Positions 48,196 to 58,100 of a DNA stretch of 64,000 nt are shown here, piece after piece (within the stretch, counting starts at the first letter, position 1; each line of letters opens with the position of its first letter). The notes beneath the pieces were generated by a model. That model was given only the letters and a program-made list of their open reading frames with translations, did no database searches and was not told the DNA's origin. Origin of the DNA: Klebsiella phage K64-1. Made by a program: the position numbers and the translations under genes. The DNA lies in sequence record AB897757.1; one strand, 5' to 3'.

Positions 48196-49985
48196 ATGCA
48201 ATTAAACAAAAAACTCTAGAAGATTTTACTGTAAACCTGACTAAACTTGCACAGGAAGGTAAACTTGACCCAATGATCGGTCGCCAAAAAGAACTTCAAT
48301 CACTAATTGAAGTAATGGCACGTAAAAACAAAAAGAATGCTATTCTTACTGGTGATGCAGGAGTCGGTAAAACTCAGATCGTCGATGGTTTTGCACAAGC
48401 CATTGCTGATGGTGACGTACCTGACTATCTGAAAGGTGTTGAGGTATTATCTCTTAACGTTTCTGCTGTAACTGCTGGTACAAAATACCGTGGTGAATTC
48501 GAAGAACGTATGGAAGGTATTATTAAAGAACTTAAAAAACGAGAAAATGTAATTTTGTTCATTGATGAAGTACATATTATGATGGGTGCTGGTGGTAGCA
48601 GCACTGGATCTATGGATATGAGCAATATCATGAAACCTGCACTTTCACGTGGTGATATTCGTGTTATCGGTGCAACAACTTATGAGGAATATCGCCAGAA
48701 CATTGAAAAAGATGCTGCATTTTCCCGCCGCTTCACTAAAATTGATGTAGTTGAACCTAGTATTAACGAAACACGTGAAATTATTAATGGTCTGAAAGGT
48801 ACTTATGAAAAATATCATAACGTAACATTCAGTACTGAAACAATTAACTCAATTATTAATCTGAGTTCTAAATTTTTACAAAATAAAAAGTTTCCAGATA
48901 AAGCAATTGATCTGATGGATAGTGCTGCTGCTAAAATTCGTTCAGAAAAACGTTCAGATCTAAAAGTGACGGTACGTGATATTGAAGAAGTTGTGTCCAG
49001 AATCACAAACCTTGATATTAGTGTTATTTCTTGTACTGAAAGTGAACGCATGAATAATCTACCAGATGTTCTACGTTCGCGTGTATTTGGTCAAGATGAA
49101 GCAATCGAAAAATTGGTCGATAACGTTATGGTTGCACGTGCTGGGCTACGTGATAAATCAAGTGTTCAGGGTGCTTTCATGTTTGTTGGACCATCTGGTA
49201 CTGGTAAAACTGAAATCACAAAAGCACTTGCTGAAGCAATGGGTTCTGAGCTAATTCGTTTTGATATGTCAGAGTTTTCGCAAGACCACACTGTATCTAA
49301 ACTTATTGGTTCACCTCCTGGATATGTAGGACATGAAACAGGAAATGGTCAGCTTCTTGATAAAGTTGAACAATTCCCTAATGCAGTACTTCTACTGGAT
49401 GAAATTGAAAAAGCACATCCAAAAGTACTGCTGACATTCCTACAAGTATTGGATGAAGGGCGTTTGACTGGTTCACAAGGAAAAACAGTTTACTTTAATA
49501 ATATTACTGTTATTATGACTACAAACCTTGGAGCAGCAGATTCCAATAAACGTAGTATCGGTGTAAGTACAGTGGATTCTGCACAAGAAAAAGCTATTAA
49601 AGCATTTTTACCACCAGAATTCATCAATCGCATTGATAGTATTGTTAAATTCAATGAACTATCATCAGAAGCAATTGATAGTGTAATTGACAAGTTTATG
49701 GGGGCATTGCGTGAACAAGTTAAAGAACGTGGAATTGAAGTGGTACTGACCAAACGTGCACGAGAATATCTTGCAGAGAATGGTGTTCAGAACGGCATGG
49801 GTGCTCGTCCAATGAAACGTTTGATTGAACAATGCATTCGTGTACCTTTGGCAAAAGAAATGCTTCTAGGCTCTCTGGTGAACGGTGGTAAGGTAACGTT
49901 TGATGTGATTGATGGTAAGATTGCAATTAAACAAAAAGTTAAAAAATCCACAAAGGAAATTGATTCAGCAGAATTAGAGGCGTAA
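48039..49985 (+). CDS. clpA: ClpA-like double-ring AAA+ unfoldase (D1+D2)
   Basis: D1 Walker A GDAGVGKTQIV and Walker B ILFIDEVH. D2 Walker A GPSGTGKTEITKALA, Walker B LLLDEIEKAHP and sensor-2 GARPMKRLIEQ. It is collinear with E. coli ClpA throughout. Confidence 0.88.
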   Translation: MLVFPKYSKGVSRTEAARALQKHVAKIDSSINLQSIAEDPNSSDKKATAGQMNAIKQKTLEDFTVNLTKLAQEGKLDPMIGRQKELQSLIEVMARKNKKNAILTGDAGVGKTQIVDGFAQAIADGDVPDYLKGVEVLSLNVSAVTAGTKYRGEFEERMEGIIKELKKRENVILFIDEVHIMMGAGGSSTGSMDMSNIMKPALSRGDIRVIGATTYEEYRQNIEKDAAFSRRFTKIDVVEPSINETREIINGLKGTYEKYHNVTFSTETINSIINLSSKFLQNKKFPDKAIDLMDSAAAKIRSEKRSDLKVTVRDIEEVVSRITNLDISVISCTESERMNNLPDVLRSRVFGQDEAIEKLVDNVMVARAGLRDKSSVQGAFMFVGPSGTGKTEITKALAEAMGSELIRFDMSEFSQDHTVSKLIGSPPGYVGHETGNGQLLDKVEQFPNAVLLLDEIEKAHPKVLLTFLQVLDEGRLTGSQGKTVYFNNITVIMTTNLGAADSNKRSIGVSTVDSAQEKAIKAFLPPEFINRIDSIVKFNELSSEAIDSVIDKFMGALREQVKERGIEVVLTKRAREYLAENGVQNGMGARPMKRLIEQCIRVPLAKEMLLGSLVNGGKVTFDVIDGKIAIKQKVKKSTKEIDSAELEA

Positions 49986-49993
49986 AAACAAAA

Positions 49994-50021
49994 GGAGAGC
50001 ATAAAAGCTCTCCTTTTTTTT
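49994..50021. terminator. bidirectional rho-independent terminator
   Basis: GGAGAGC-ataaaa-GCTCTCC followed by T8. Confidence 0.75.
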
Positions 50022-50022
50022 A

Positions 50023-53000
50023 TTATATAACATTTAACAAGTTATTGAGTACCAAACCGTCAATTTTCAATGAATTAGCATACACACTTACATCAATTGG
50101 TTTGTAATAATTTTTATAAACACTAAAATTAAGTTCAACACCAAGATTGATACCAGTGAATGTATATGTTTCACCTTTAGCAAAATAGTGTTCAGCACTA
50201 TACATATCTGAACGAAGGATATTGTTATTATTTCGCACATGAACTTTTTCATATCCAAGTACGATAATATCATCATAACTAGTACTACCAGTAATGATAT
50301 TATCCTTAACACTATATGTACCAACTGAAACTGGCTCCACCACATAAGTGGTATTTTCATTCTCAACTTTAGTAACACTGGTTACTGTACAAGTTGTATC
50401 ACCGATATACACTTTATCTGTTAAATCATATGAGTAAGTCCATCTTACACCATCGAACACAGGTTTAATATCATCGACGTCATATTCATATACAGTAAAC
50501 TCTAAACTTTCTGGAGTTCCAATACGAACCAGTTCATCTAATGTACCAACACCGGTATTTGGCATGAAATATCCACTATCAACCACACCATCAGAAGTTT
50601 CAACTAACTCATTAGAGATTAGCCAAACATCCAAATCTAATGGATCTATTTCATCCGTGTAATCACCATTATTCAAAGAAATATCATAGAATACATCATA
50701 GTCCATAACATCAACTCTGTAATTTCTTATACTTTCATACAACAAATCACCATTGTTATTGAACTCATGGTCTGCAAAACTTCTAATACGAATAACATTT
50801 ATACTTGTTTTTGTATAAGGTTCACCAGTATTATTAGTGGTTAAATTATTAAACTCAAGTTTATTTCCATTTAAATCAACCAAAGAATAAACTCCGTTGT
50901 TAAGCTCAACTTCAAACATAATAGGTCGATCATTCTCTTTGATTTTATCAGTACTGAGAATAAGTTCATGAGTAAAGTTCTGGTATCTGTAATAATCATC
51001 ACCATCTGGGGTAAACACCATAACTTTATCACCACTATTGAGATTACTATTTTTCATCAAGAATTCAGTACTGCTTATAATACTATCAATAGTACTGATA
51101 TAATTATAAGAGTCTTTCTTAATTACTGTGCGGTTTACATAGTTTTGTACCAGACTATATGGAGGAATGCTCACAATAGCTTCTGTACGCTTGTATGGAT
51201 TGAGAACAACAAAACCCTCTATCTGGAATCGACTAAAGTCTTTAATCTGCTGTAGAGATGTAGAATCGTTACTATAACCATCTACTGTAAAACGCATTTG
51301 TGAAATAGCATTAGCACTTGGGTTCAACTCGGAAATATCAATGAAAACTGATTCAGTCAAATCACCTTCGTAGCTCAGTGCGACAGTTTTATATTGAGAT
51401 TCCAAACCTAAATTATCATAAGCATTCATATCATTATAATACTTCTGCCCCTTGATTCCCTCAAGTACAACCATGTAGTCACTGTACATTGGATTATTAT
51501 CATCCATTTCCAGATCATCCATATCAATCTCAACTGCTGTAACTACTGAACCATCAGTAATGAAAAGATCTTCCATATATTCATCAATGCTACGATCATC
51601 AGGAATACTAACATAACTACCGTTAATATTGAATCTAATATATTTTCTCGGGATCATTACAAATGCCTGAATATCCATTGATTTACGATTACTATTCAGA
51701 ATATCCTCTGCATATGCATAAGGATCATCACTGTCTTTATCAAACGTGTTACGAATAGCAGTTAGTACATGGATAGCATCTTTGTAATAACGACCCTGAG
51801 AATCAATATCATATTTGAAACAATAGATACCGTATTCAATTTCCATTACGCTTCTGATGGTTTCTTCATCAGCATCTGGTGTTTCTTCCAAAATAAGTTC
51901 TCTATAATGGGCGAATAAATCCTCACTAATTTCAAAATATCCCATGTTGAAGTCAGAACTTGAACTAAAACCAAAAGGTAATCTCGTATTCGGATTATCA
52001 TTGTAAATTTCACCACTCAGACCACAACCAATGGTATCATGGATTACATCTGAACTCATTGAACTATAAAGTTTTAATCTATTACTCAATGTATTATATT
52101 GTGAATACATTCTAACATCTTGTGTTAAGTTAGAAGTACTATACAATTCAGAAGTGATTCTGTCTAAATCAGAAGTGAAACTTTCAGTTCTTTCAGCATC
52201 ATCAACGTTCAATTTATACCATGCATTGATAGCATCAACTAAATCCAGACTTGTATCAAAATCAGAATATAGTTCAAACATATCAACAGAAATCTGAGTA
52301 TAAATTTCATCTACCTCAACAACTGGTAGTGTATACTTGAAACGCTGGATTTCATAGTACTGTACATTATCATCAGAATTACTTACATACTTAGCATTGT
52401 TCTCTTCCAGACTTGTAACATCATATAAATCACTATCAGGCTGGCATTGAACATTATCAAATTGCATTGAGATATCAATTTCCTGGAATTTTCTATCTGG
52501 GTAAACGAAGTCGTTTGGTATTGAACCAACTACCACCCATTGTCCAGTACTTTCATTATATTCAGCATATTCATGATCCCAAATATCAGATTGTGTTTTA
52601 ACCCAAATTGTACCGTTATATTCATAACCATTTGGATCTAAATCATTACAAACACCATAAACATAATCAGTGTCGGATGTTTTCTGTTCAATTTGAGAAC
52701 GAATTTTAGTCCTGTACGGTTTAACTTCATTGAAATATTCAATAATCTGATTAATCAATTCGTCATTAGTGTAATTTTGTTTAAGTGATTGTTCTAACCC
52801 AACAATATAAATGTATGAAGTTTTGAATACCCAATCAACCACACCCTGTTCAACGTGTACGTATTTAACCATGTCAAATACAATATTACTTTGAGCTAAA
52901 TCGAATGTATTTTTGATTAAATCTAATGCACTTCTTACATTAATTTCCTTGTTGCTTAAAGAACCATCACTGTTATAAACTTCATACCCATCATATAAAG

Positions 53001-55011
53001 ATGAATTAAGAGCGATTGTGCTGTTTTGACGCCCAATAGCATTCCAGAATACAGTATTACGTGATGATGTTTTCACATACATTGTCCATCCATCTGAATC
53101 AGTGATTCGAATAACATCACCAACTTGATAGTTTTTGGTATTAGCTATATCCAGGCTGGCTTCCTGAGTATAATCAGTATTTTCATCATACCCATCACTA
53201 TACCAGTCAGCATATTCCCAGTACTGGGTCATGTCAAGAGAAGTACCAAGTGATTCAACATAATCACTCTGTTTAATCATACTATGTTGTCCTTCACCTA
53301 GACCTTCCAGTGTGATTGTTGATGGATTAGCATCAATACTCTTTGTAGTCATGAATCTTATATAACCATTACTATCGTAGTGGACGAAATATACTGAAGT
53401 TGTATCTAGCGGGGATGGTAATACACCAGTACTACTCAAAATTACTGCATCGTTTTCATCGAATTTATCAAAATCAGTTGAGACAACAAATTCGTTATTG
53501 TATGCCAGAACCCTGAATGTAACTGAATTTTCATTCACCTCAGTAGTTTTAACATTGAAAACTTCACTCATTAATACCGTATCAGTTATGATATTTTGTG
53601 TTTTGTAATAATTATTTGCACTATCTACAAACGTTCTGCGAGCTTCAATCAAATCCATAAACCAGGTTTTAGATGAACCCAACCCTAATTCTACATCAGG
53701 ATAAACAATTTCATTTACTACACCACTCTTCGTGGTTTCGTGTCCTTTCAGAGAATTCCACAGAGAATTCCATATATCTGAATTGAAATTATAGCTATCT
53801 CCTTCTTTACATAGCTGATATTGTTCATGTTTAATAATATCAACACTATCTTCATGATAAGAAACTGTCAAAATGCTGGTATCATCAGTAATTTCATATT
53901 GCATATTACTAAGAATGAATGAATTCTCGTTAATTGGTGCAAACCAAGGAACGTCCAGTAAATGTGGATCTTTAATAATACGTGCAATATCAGTACATGA
54001 TTTACTTCTGGTGTTAATTGGTGGTACATAAATTGTATCTCTTACCCAGAAATAATAATACGTAACATATGAATCAGTTGTTTCATCATACTCAATGAAT
54101 GAAGTATAATTATCCATGATTGCAGTACCAGAAGGTATATACATAGTGTTATTTTTATTATTTTTAGTTTGTTCCTGACAGTATTTGTCCCAATTATATG
54201 GCTGTACTGGAGATTTAACCCACTCAAGAACATTAATATCACTATGTGGTAGCAATCTACCCCAGTTATAACGACGATATTCATTTGTAGCATCTTCATC
54301 AATGTCACCATTCTCATCCAGTACTGGGCGAGTGTAATCCAAATAAAATGCAGTACTGGTGTCCCACCATACTTGACCAACTTTCTCAGAACCCCATGCT
54401 TGAAGAGTTTCTCCATTGCTATTGTACTGAGCAGGGTCTACTGGAGAGATATAAGATACATCTTTCATTGCAGTCCCAGGTAAAACACCATTAATTGGGT
54501 CAAATATATTAAGATATAATTCAGTAATGTTTGTTTTTGAATTATAAGTAGATGGTCTATCAAATAAAGTACTATCTGGAACATCAAAACTGTATTTTTT
54601 ATCAATATATGCCTGACGTTCGGTTGTATCACTGAATCTGGATGTATATTTGTACAGTTTTGGTCTTGTATCTGGATCAGTGAAATTAATTGTGATACTT
54701 GTATCAAACGGAACAACAATTTTAGTTTTATCATCCCCTGCCGTGAAATATTGACTTTCTACTGTTAATGCATCTGGCATAAAATATGTATCATCAACAA
54801 AATAATAATAATCACCATCATCTAATGGAGCTTCGGCATCTAATTGAACAGTACAGTACTGTTCAGCATAAGTATCAGTATTTTCAATTGGAGTAATTGA
54901 TAACATAGATACACCAGTATCAACTAAATCAAAAATGTTCCATTCCTGATTCATATCAACGAACATCCACACTGAATCTGGATTTTCACCATTATTTTTA
55001 ATATAATTCAT
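50023..55011 (-). CDS. giant virion protein (1662 aa; tail fibre/baseplate candidate)
   Basis: Long uninterrupted ORF, Asn/Asp/Tyr-rich, in frame with the upstream giant ORF across a single TGA. Confidence 0.6.
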   Translation of the reverse strand: MNYIKNNGENPDSVWMFVDMNQEWNIFDLVDTGVSMLSITPIENTDTYAEQYCTVQLDAEAPLDDGDYYYFVDDTYFMPDALTVESQYFTAGDDKTKIVVPFDTSITINFTDPDTRPKLYKYTSRFSDTTERQAYIDKKYSFDVPDSTLFDRPSTYNSKTNITELYLNIFDPINGVLPGTAMKDVSYISPVDPAQYNSNGETLQAWGSEKVGQVWWDTSTAFYLDYTRPVLDENGDIDEDATNEYRRYNWGRLLPHSDINVLEWVKSPVQPYNWDKYCQEQTKNNKNNTMYIPSGTAIMDNYTSFIEYDETTDSYVTYYYFWVRDTIYVPPINTRSKSCTDIARIIKDPHLLDVPWFAPINENSFILSNMQYEITDDTSILTVSYHEDSVDIIKHEQYQLCKEGDSYNFNSDIWNSLWNSLKGHETTKSGVVNEIVYPDVELGLGSSKTWFMDLIEARRTFVDSANNYYKTQNIITDTVLMSEVFNVKTTEVNENSVTFRVLAYNNEFVVSTDFDKFDENDAVILSSTGVLPSPLDTTSVYFVHYDSNGYIRFMTTKSIDANPSTITLEGLGEGQHSMIKQSDYVESLGTSLDMTQYWEYADWYSDGYDENTDYTQEASLDIANTKNYQVGDVIRITDSDGWTMYVKTSSRNTVFWNAIGRQNSTIALNSSLYDGYEVYNSDGSLSNKEINVRSALDLIKNTFDLAQSNIVFDMVKYVHVEQGVVDWVFKTSYIYIVGLEQSLKQNYTNDELINQIIEYFNEVKPYRTKIRSQIEQKTSDTDYVYGVCNDLDPNGYEYNGTIWVKTQSDIWDHEYAEYNESTGQWVVVGSIPNDFVYPDRKFQEIDISMQFDNVQCQPDSDLYDVTSLEENNAKYVSNSDDNVQYYEIQRFKYTLPVVEVDEIYTQISVDMFELYSDFDTSLDLVDAINAWYKLNVDDAERTESFTSDLDRITSELYSTSNLTQDVRMYSQYNTLSNRLKLYSSMSSDVIHDTIGCGLSGEIYNDNPNTRLPFGFSSSSDFNMGYFEISEDLFAHYRELILEETPDADEETIRSVMEIEYGIYCFKYDIDSQGRYYKDAIHVLTAIRNTFDKDSDDPYAYAEDILNSNRKSMDIQAFVMIPRKYIRFNINGSYVSIPDDRSIDEYMEDLFITDGSVVTAVEIDMDDLEMDDNNPMYSDYMVVLEGIKGQKYYNDMNAYDNLGLESQYKTVALSYEGDLTESVFIDISELNPSANAISQMRFTVDGYSNDSTSLQQIKDFSRFQIEGFVVLNPYKRTEAIVSIPPYSLVQNYVNRTVIKKDSYNYISTIDSIISSTEFLMKNSNLNSGDKVMVFTPDGDDYYRYQNFTHELILSTDKIKENDRPIMFEVELNNGVYSLVDLNGNKLEFNNLTTNNTGEPYTKTSINVIRIRSFADHEFNNNGDLLYESIRNYRVDVMDYDVFYDISLNNGDYTDEIDPLDLDVWLISNELVETSDGVVDSGYFMPNTGVGTLDELVRIGTPESLEFTVYEYDVDDIKPVFDGVRWTYSYDLTDKVYIGDTTCTVTSVTKVENENTTYVVEPVSVGTYSVKDNIITGSTSYDDIIVLGYEKVHVRNNNNILRSDMYSAEHYFAKGETYTFTGINLGVELNFSVYKNYYKPIDVSVYANSLKIDGLVLNNLLNVI

Positions 55012-55107
55012 GCGGTCTTCATATGAATCCTGATAAGTCCATGTAGTATAAGATACTTCATTTAAATTAACTGGGCCAATATCAGGTAAATGGATATTAT
55101 CACTCTT

Positions 55108-58100
55108 TCAGCGGAATTTACCTTTAGGACGAGTAATCCATCTGGAATCTTCACCTTGTGAACCATAATAAACTATTTCAGTACTACTTGTACTTGTATT
55201 AACATCTTTATTAAACGTAACCAGTTGTGGTTCTTGTTTAAAATCACTGTTAATTAATTGAAATTGTAAATTTTTCTTGGCATTAACGTTTCCATAAGTA
55301 CCAACTTTAAAAGCCCACTCTTGTAGTGCTTTATATTCATCAGTATTATATGATTTAGATACACGAAGAACGCGTTCCATTACCAAATTAGAGCCTTTAT
55401 CTCTAATAAAACCACGATAAAAATCAACACGGTTGGGATTATTAGTGATCATTTGCTGTAAGTAATCACGAGTTTGATATCCAATAACATGAGTACTTAG
55501 ATCATACAGTTGAACATCAGAAACAGGATCATTTGAATCATAATAATGTTGGAAATTAGTAACTAATGTTTCAAATGATGGTAATGTACCAGCTTCAAGA
55601 ATTATAAATCCGGGTGCTTGTAGGCGACCAACCCAGTTATCAGTGATATAACCGTACATTTTCACCAATTCCTGAATAGAACCGAATGTAGGTTGATAAA
55701 TGCTATCACCAAAAATAGTTTTATCATCAAATACCACTGCATGTTCCCATGAACATACACCTAAACGAACCAACGCCATGCGTTTATCGGCATCTTCATT
55801 AACTCTAACAGTGAAAACATTACCAATTCTTGATGTTTCAACTTCATATGGGTAGATACCACTGTTATCATCGTCCAACAGACTCCAGACACCACCATTT
55901 GTTTCACTAATACTTTGTACTGAGCCAAAATAAGTTCCGAATTTGGCATTTTTAGAGCTTGGTGTACATGAAATGTAATCACCAATGGTTAAATCTGTGG
56001 TACTCCATTGTAAAAAGTACTTAGCAATAGTAGACCAGTCCTGTTGTACCCCAGTGTCATCAACATCTTCAAAAATCCATCCATGTTCAACAAGATATTG
56101 ACCATATCCACACAGGAATGTATAAACATCCTGGAATGTGTTAAGAATAGATCCATATTCAAGCGTATCATCTTCTTTCCATTCCATATAATGAACAACA
56201 GTGCGATTTCCTTCAGTTACGGTTACTTTTTTACCATTTTTAACTGGTAATTTATAAGTAAACGTAGCATTAACCAAATCATAACCTTTAATAATATAAT
56301 TACTACCATTGAAAGTGATTTTAACTGCACTAAGAACTTCATTTTTGATATTATTAGAGCGTACCAGTCCGATTGTTTGGTTTTCTTGTGAAATTAAACC
56401 AAACGATTCAGATGTAAATGTTAATTCATTGCTCTTTGTAAATCCACCAAGCTTGTGTGCAATACTGATGTATGAAGTTCTAACTAAATCACCATATTTT
56501 GAAGTAATATTCTTACTTTGATAGGTTAAGTAGTTACTAACAGCCATTTGATAACCAAGAACACGAGTATTATTTTCACCATGAACCACCGTATCTGAAT
56601 TAAAATTCAGTCGAGTTCTGGTTTCTTTGTACTGCAATTGTAAACCACCATTTTTTACAGTTTTTAGTGTATCATTTAGTGTATCCCAGAAATAATTACA
56701 GAATTGTGCTGGTTTTGCACGATATATCTGCATCATTACATCATAACTAAACATTGCGTTATTCATATAGGTGAATTCGTTGTCACCCATATCACCATAA
56801 GACCATGGTGCACTGCGTTCTTTGATCGTACCTTTTACTAAACCAAGAACGTCAGGTTGAATATAATCAACGGTACAAATTTCTTTACCATTAGTTGAAT
56901 ATTCACCTGTTTTAGTAATTACAAATGGTTGAGTACCAAAACGCTTGTACTTATCATGCTGTCCCTTACGATCTCCATATAAAATGGTACCAGTACTGGC
57001 ATCACCTTTAACACCATTAACATCCCAAAGACCACTTGGTACTAATTCACCACTTTCATTAACAACCAATGCTTCATATACATATAAAATGTCATCTTCA
57101 TTTGTGCCTACCTGAACTTCAGTTGGTTCATATTCCTGATTCCACCAGGTTGGACGAACACCAAAGCCAAACATTTCCCATGGATGAGTTGCAGGGCGAT
57201 AAGTCCCGAACTGATCAGTATATATGGCACGCCAAGAACCACGTGCAGGAAAATCGGTAATTACACCATTAACTGTATAATAGGTACCACTATAATTCCA
57301 CGTCATCCAGTTTTGTTGGTCATAATTATGAGTAGTACTGTCAATTCCGTTGGTTGCAATGAAGTTAATATACCCACGTAGTAATAATTCATCACGTTCT
57401 TCTGCACTATACTCAGTATCCCTGTAATATGGTGTTGGAAACAGATCTGAACTATCAAGTTCAGGTTGATAATCTTCATCTTTGAAAGTATTATCAATAC
57501 TGTTATAAATTCTATTCTCAAGTTCATAGATAACATCATCCATTTTATCTACACCGTTAATAACACGATAAGATTTGGTAATTTCACCAGTATGACGAAT
57601 ATTATACGGTACTTGTTTGGATGCAGCAGTCAGGTATACAGTTTTTTCTGGCTTATGTACTTTAAGAACACCCATAAATTGTGGTGTAGGTGGAATAAAA
57701 GTACGAATTGTAGTTGTAGTACTCCCTACGCCATCGTAATAGAACGCAAAAGTAGAATCTTTACCAACATTAATGTTACTCAAAATAGTATCACAAATAT
57801 CACTACTTGAAGTGCTTAAAAATTTACTTGGGTCTTCTTTATACATATTAAGCATGTAGTTTTCAAATCTGTTATTAAAACGAAGATATTCACCTTGTAA
57901 AAACATTAATGCTTCAAAAAGATCAATATCACTATTAGCAGTATGTGCCATTAGTGGAAGTAGTGATCCTTCGTTTTGAATAATTTTAGTACCAACAGCA
58001 TTATCAACTAACCCTTGTTCAAGACGTTCTTCATAATCATTGATATTATCCACGGCACCAGATGTGATATTTTTTTGTACAATTTCCTGAAAATGTAAAG

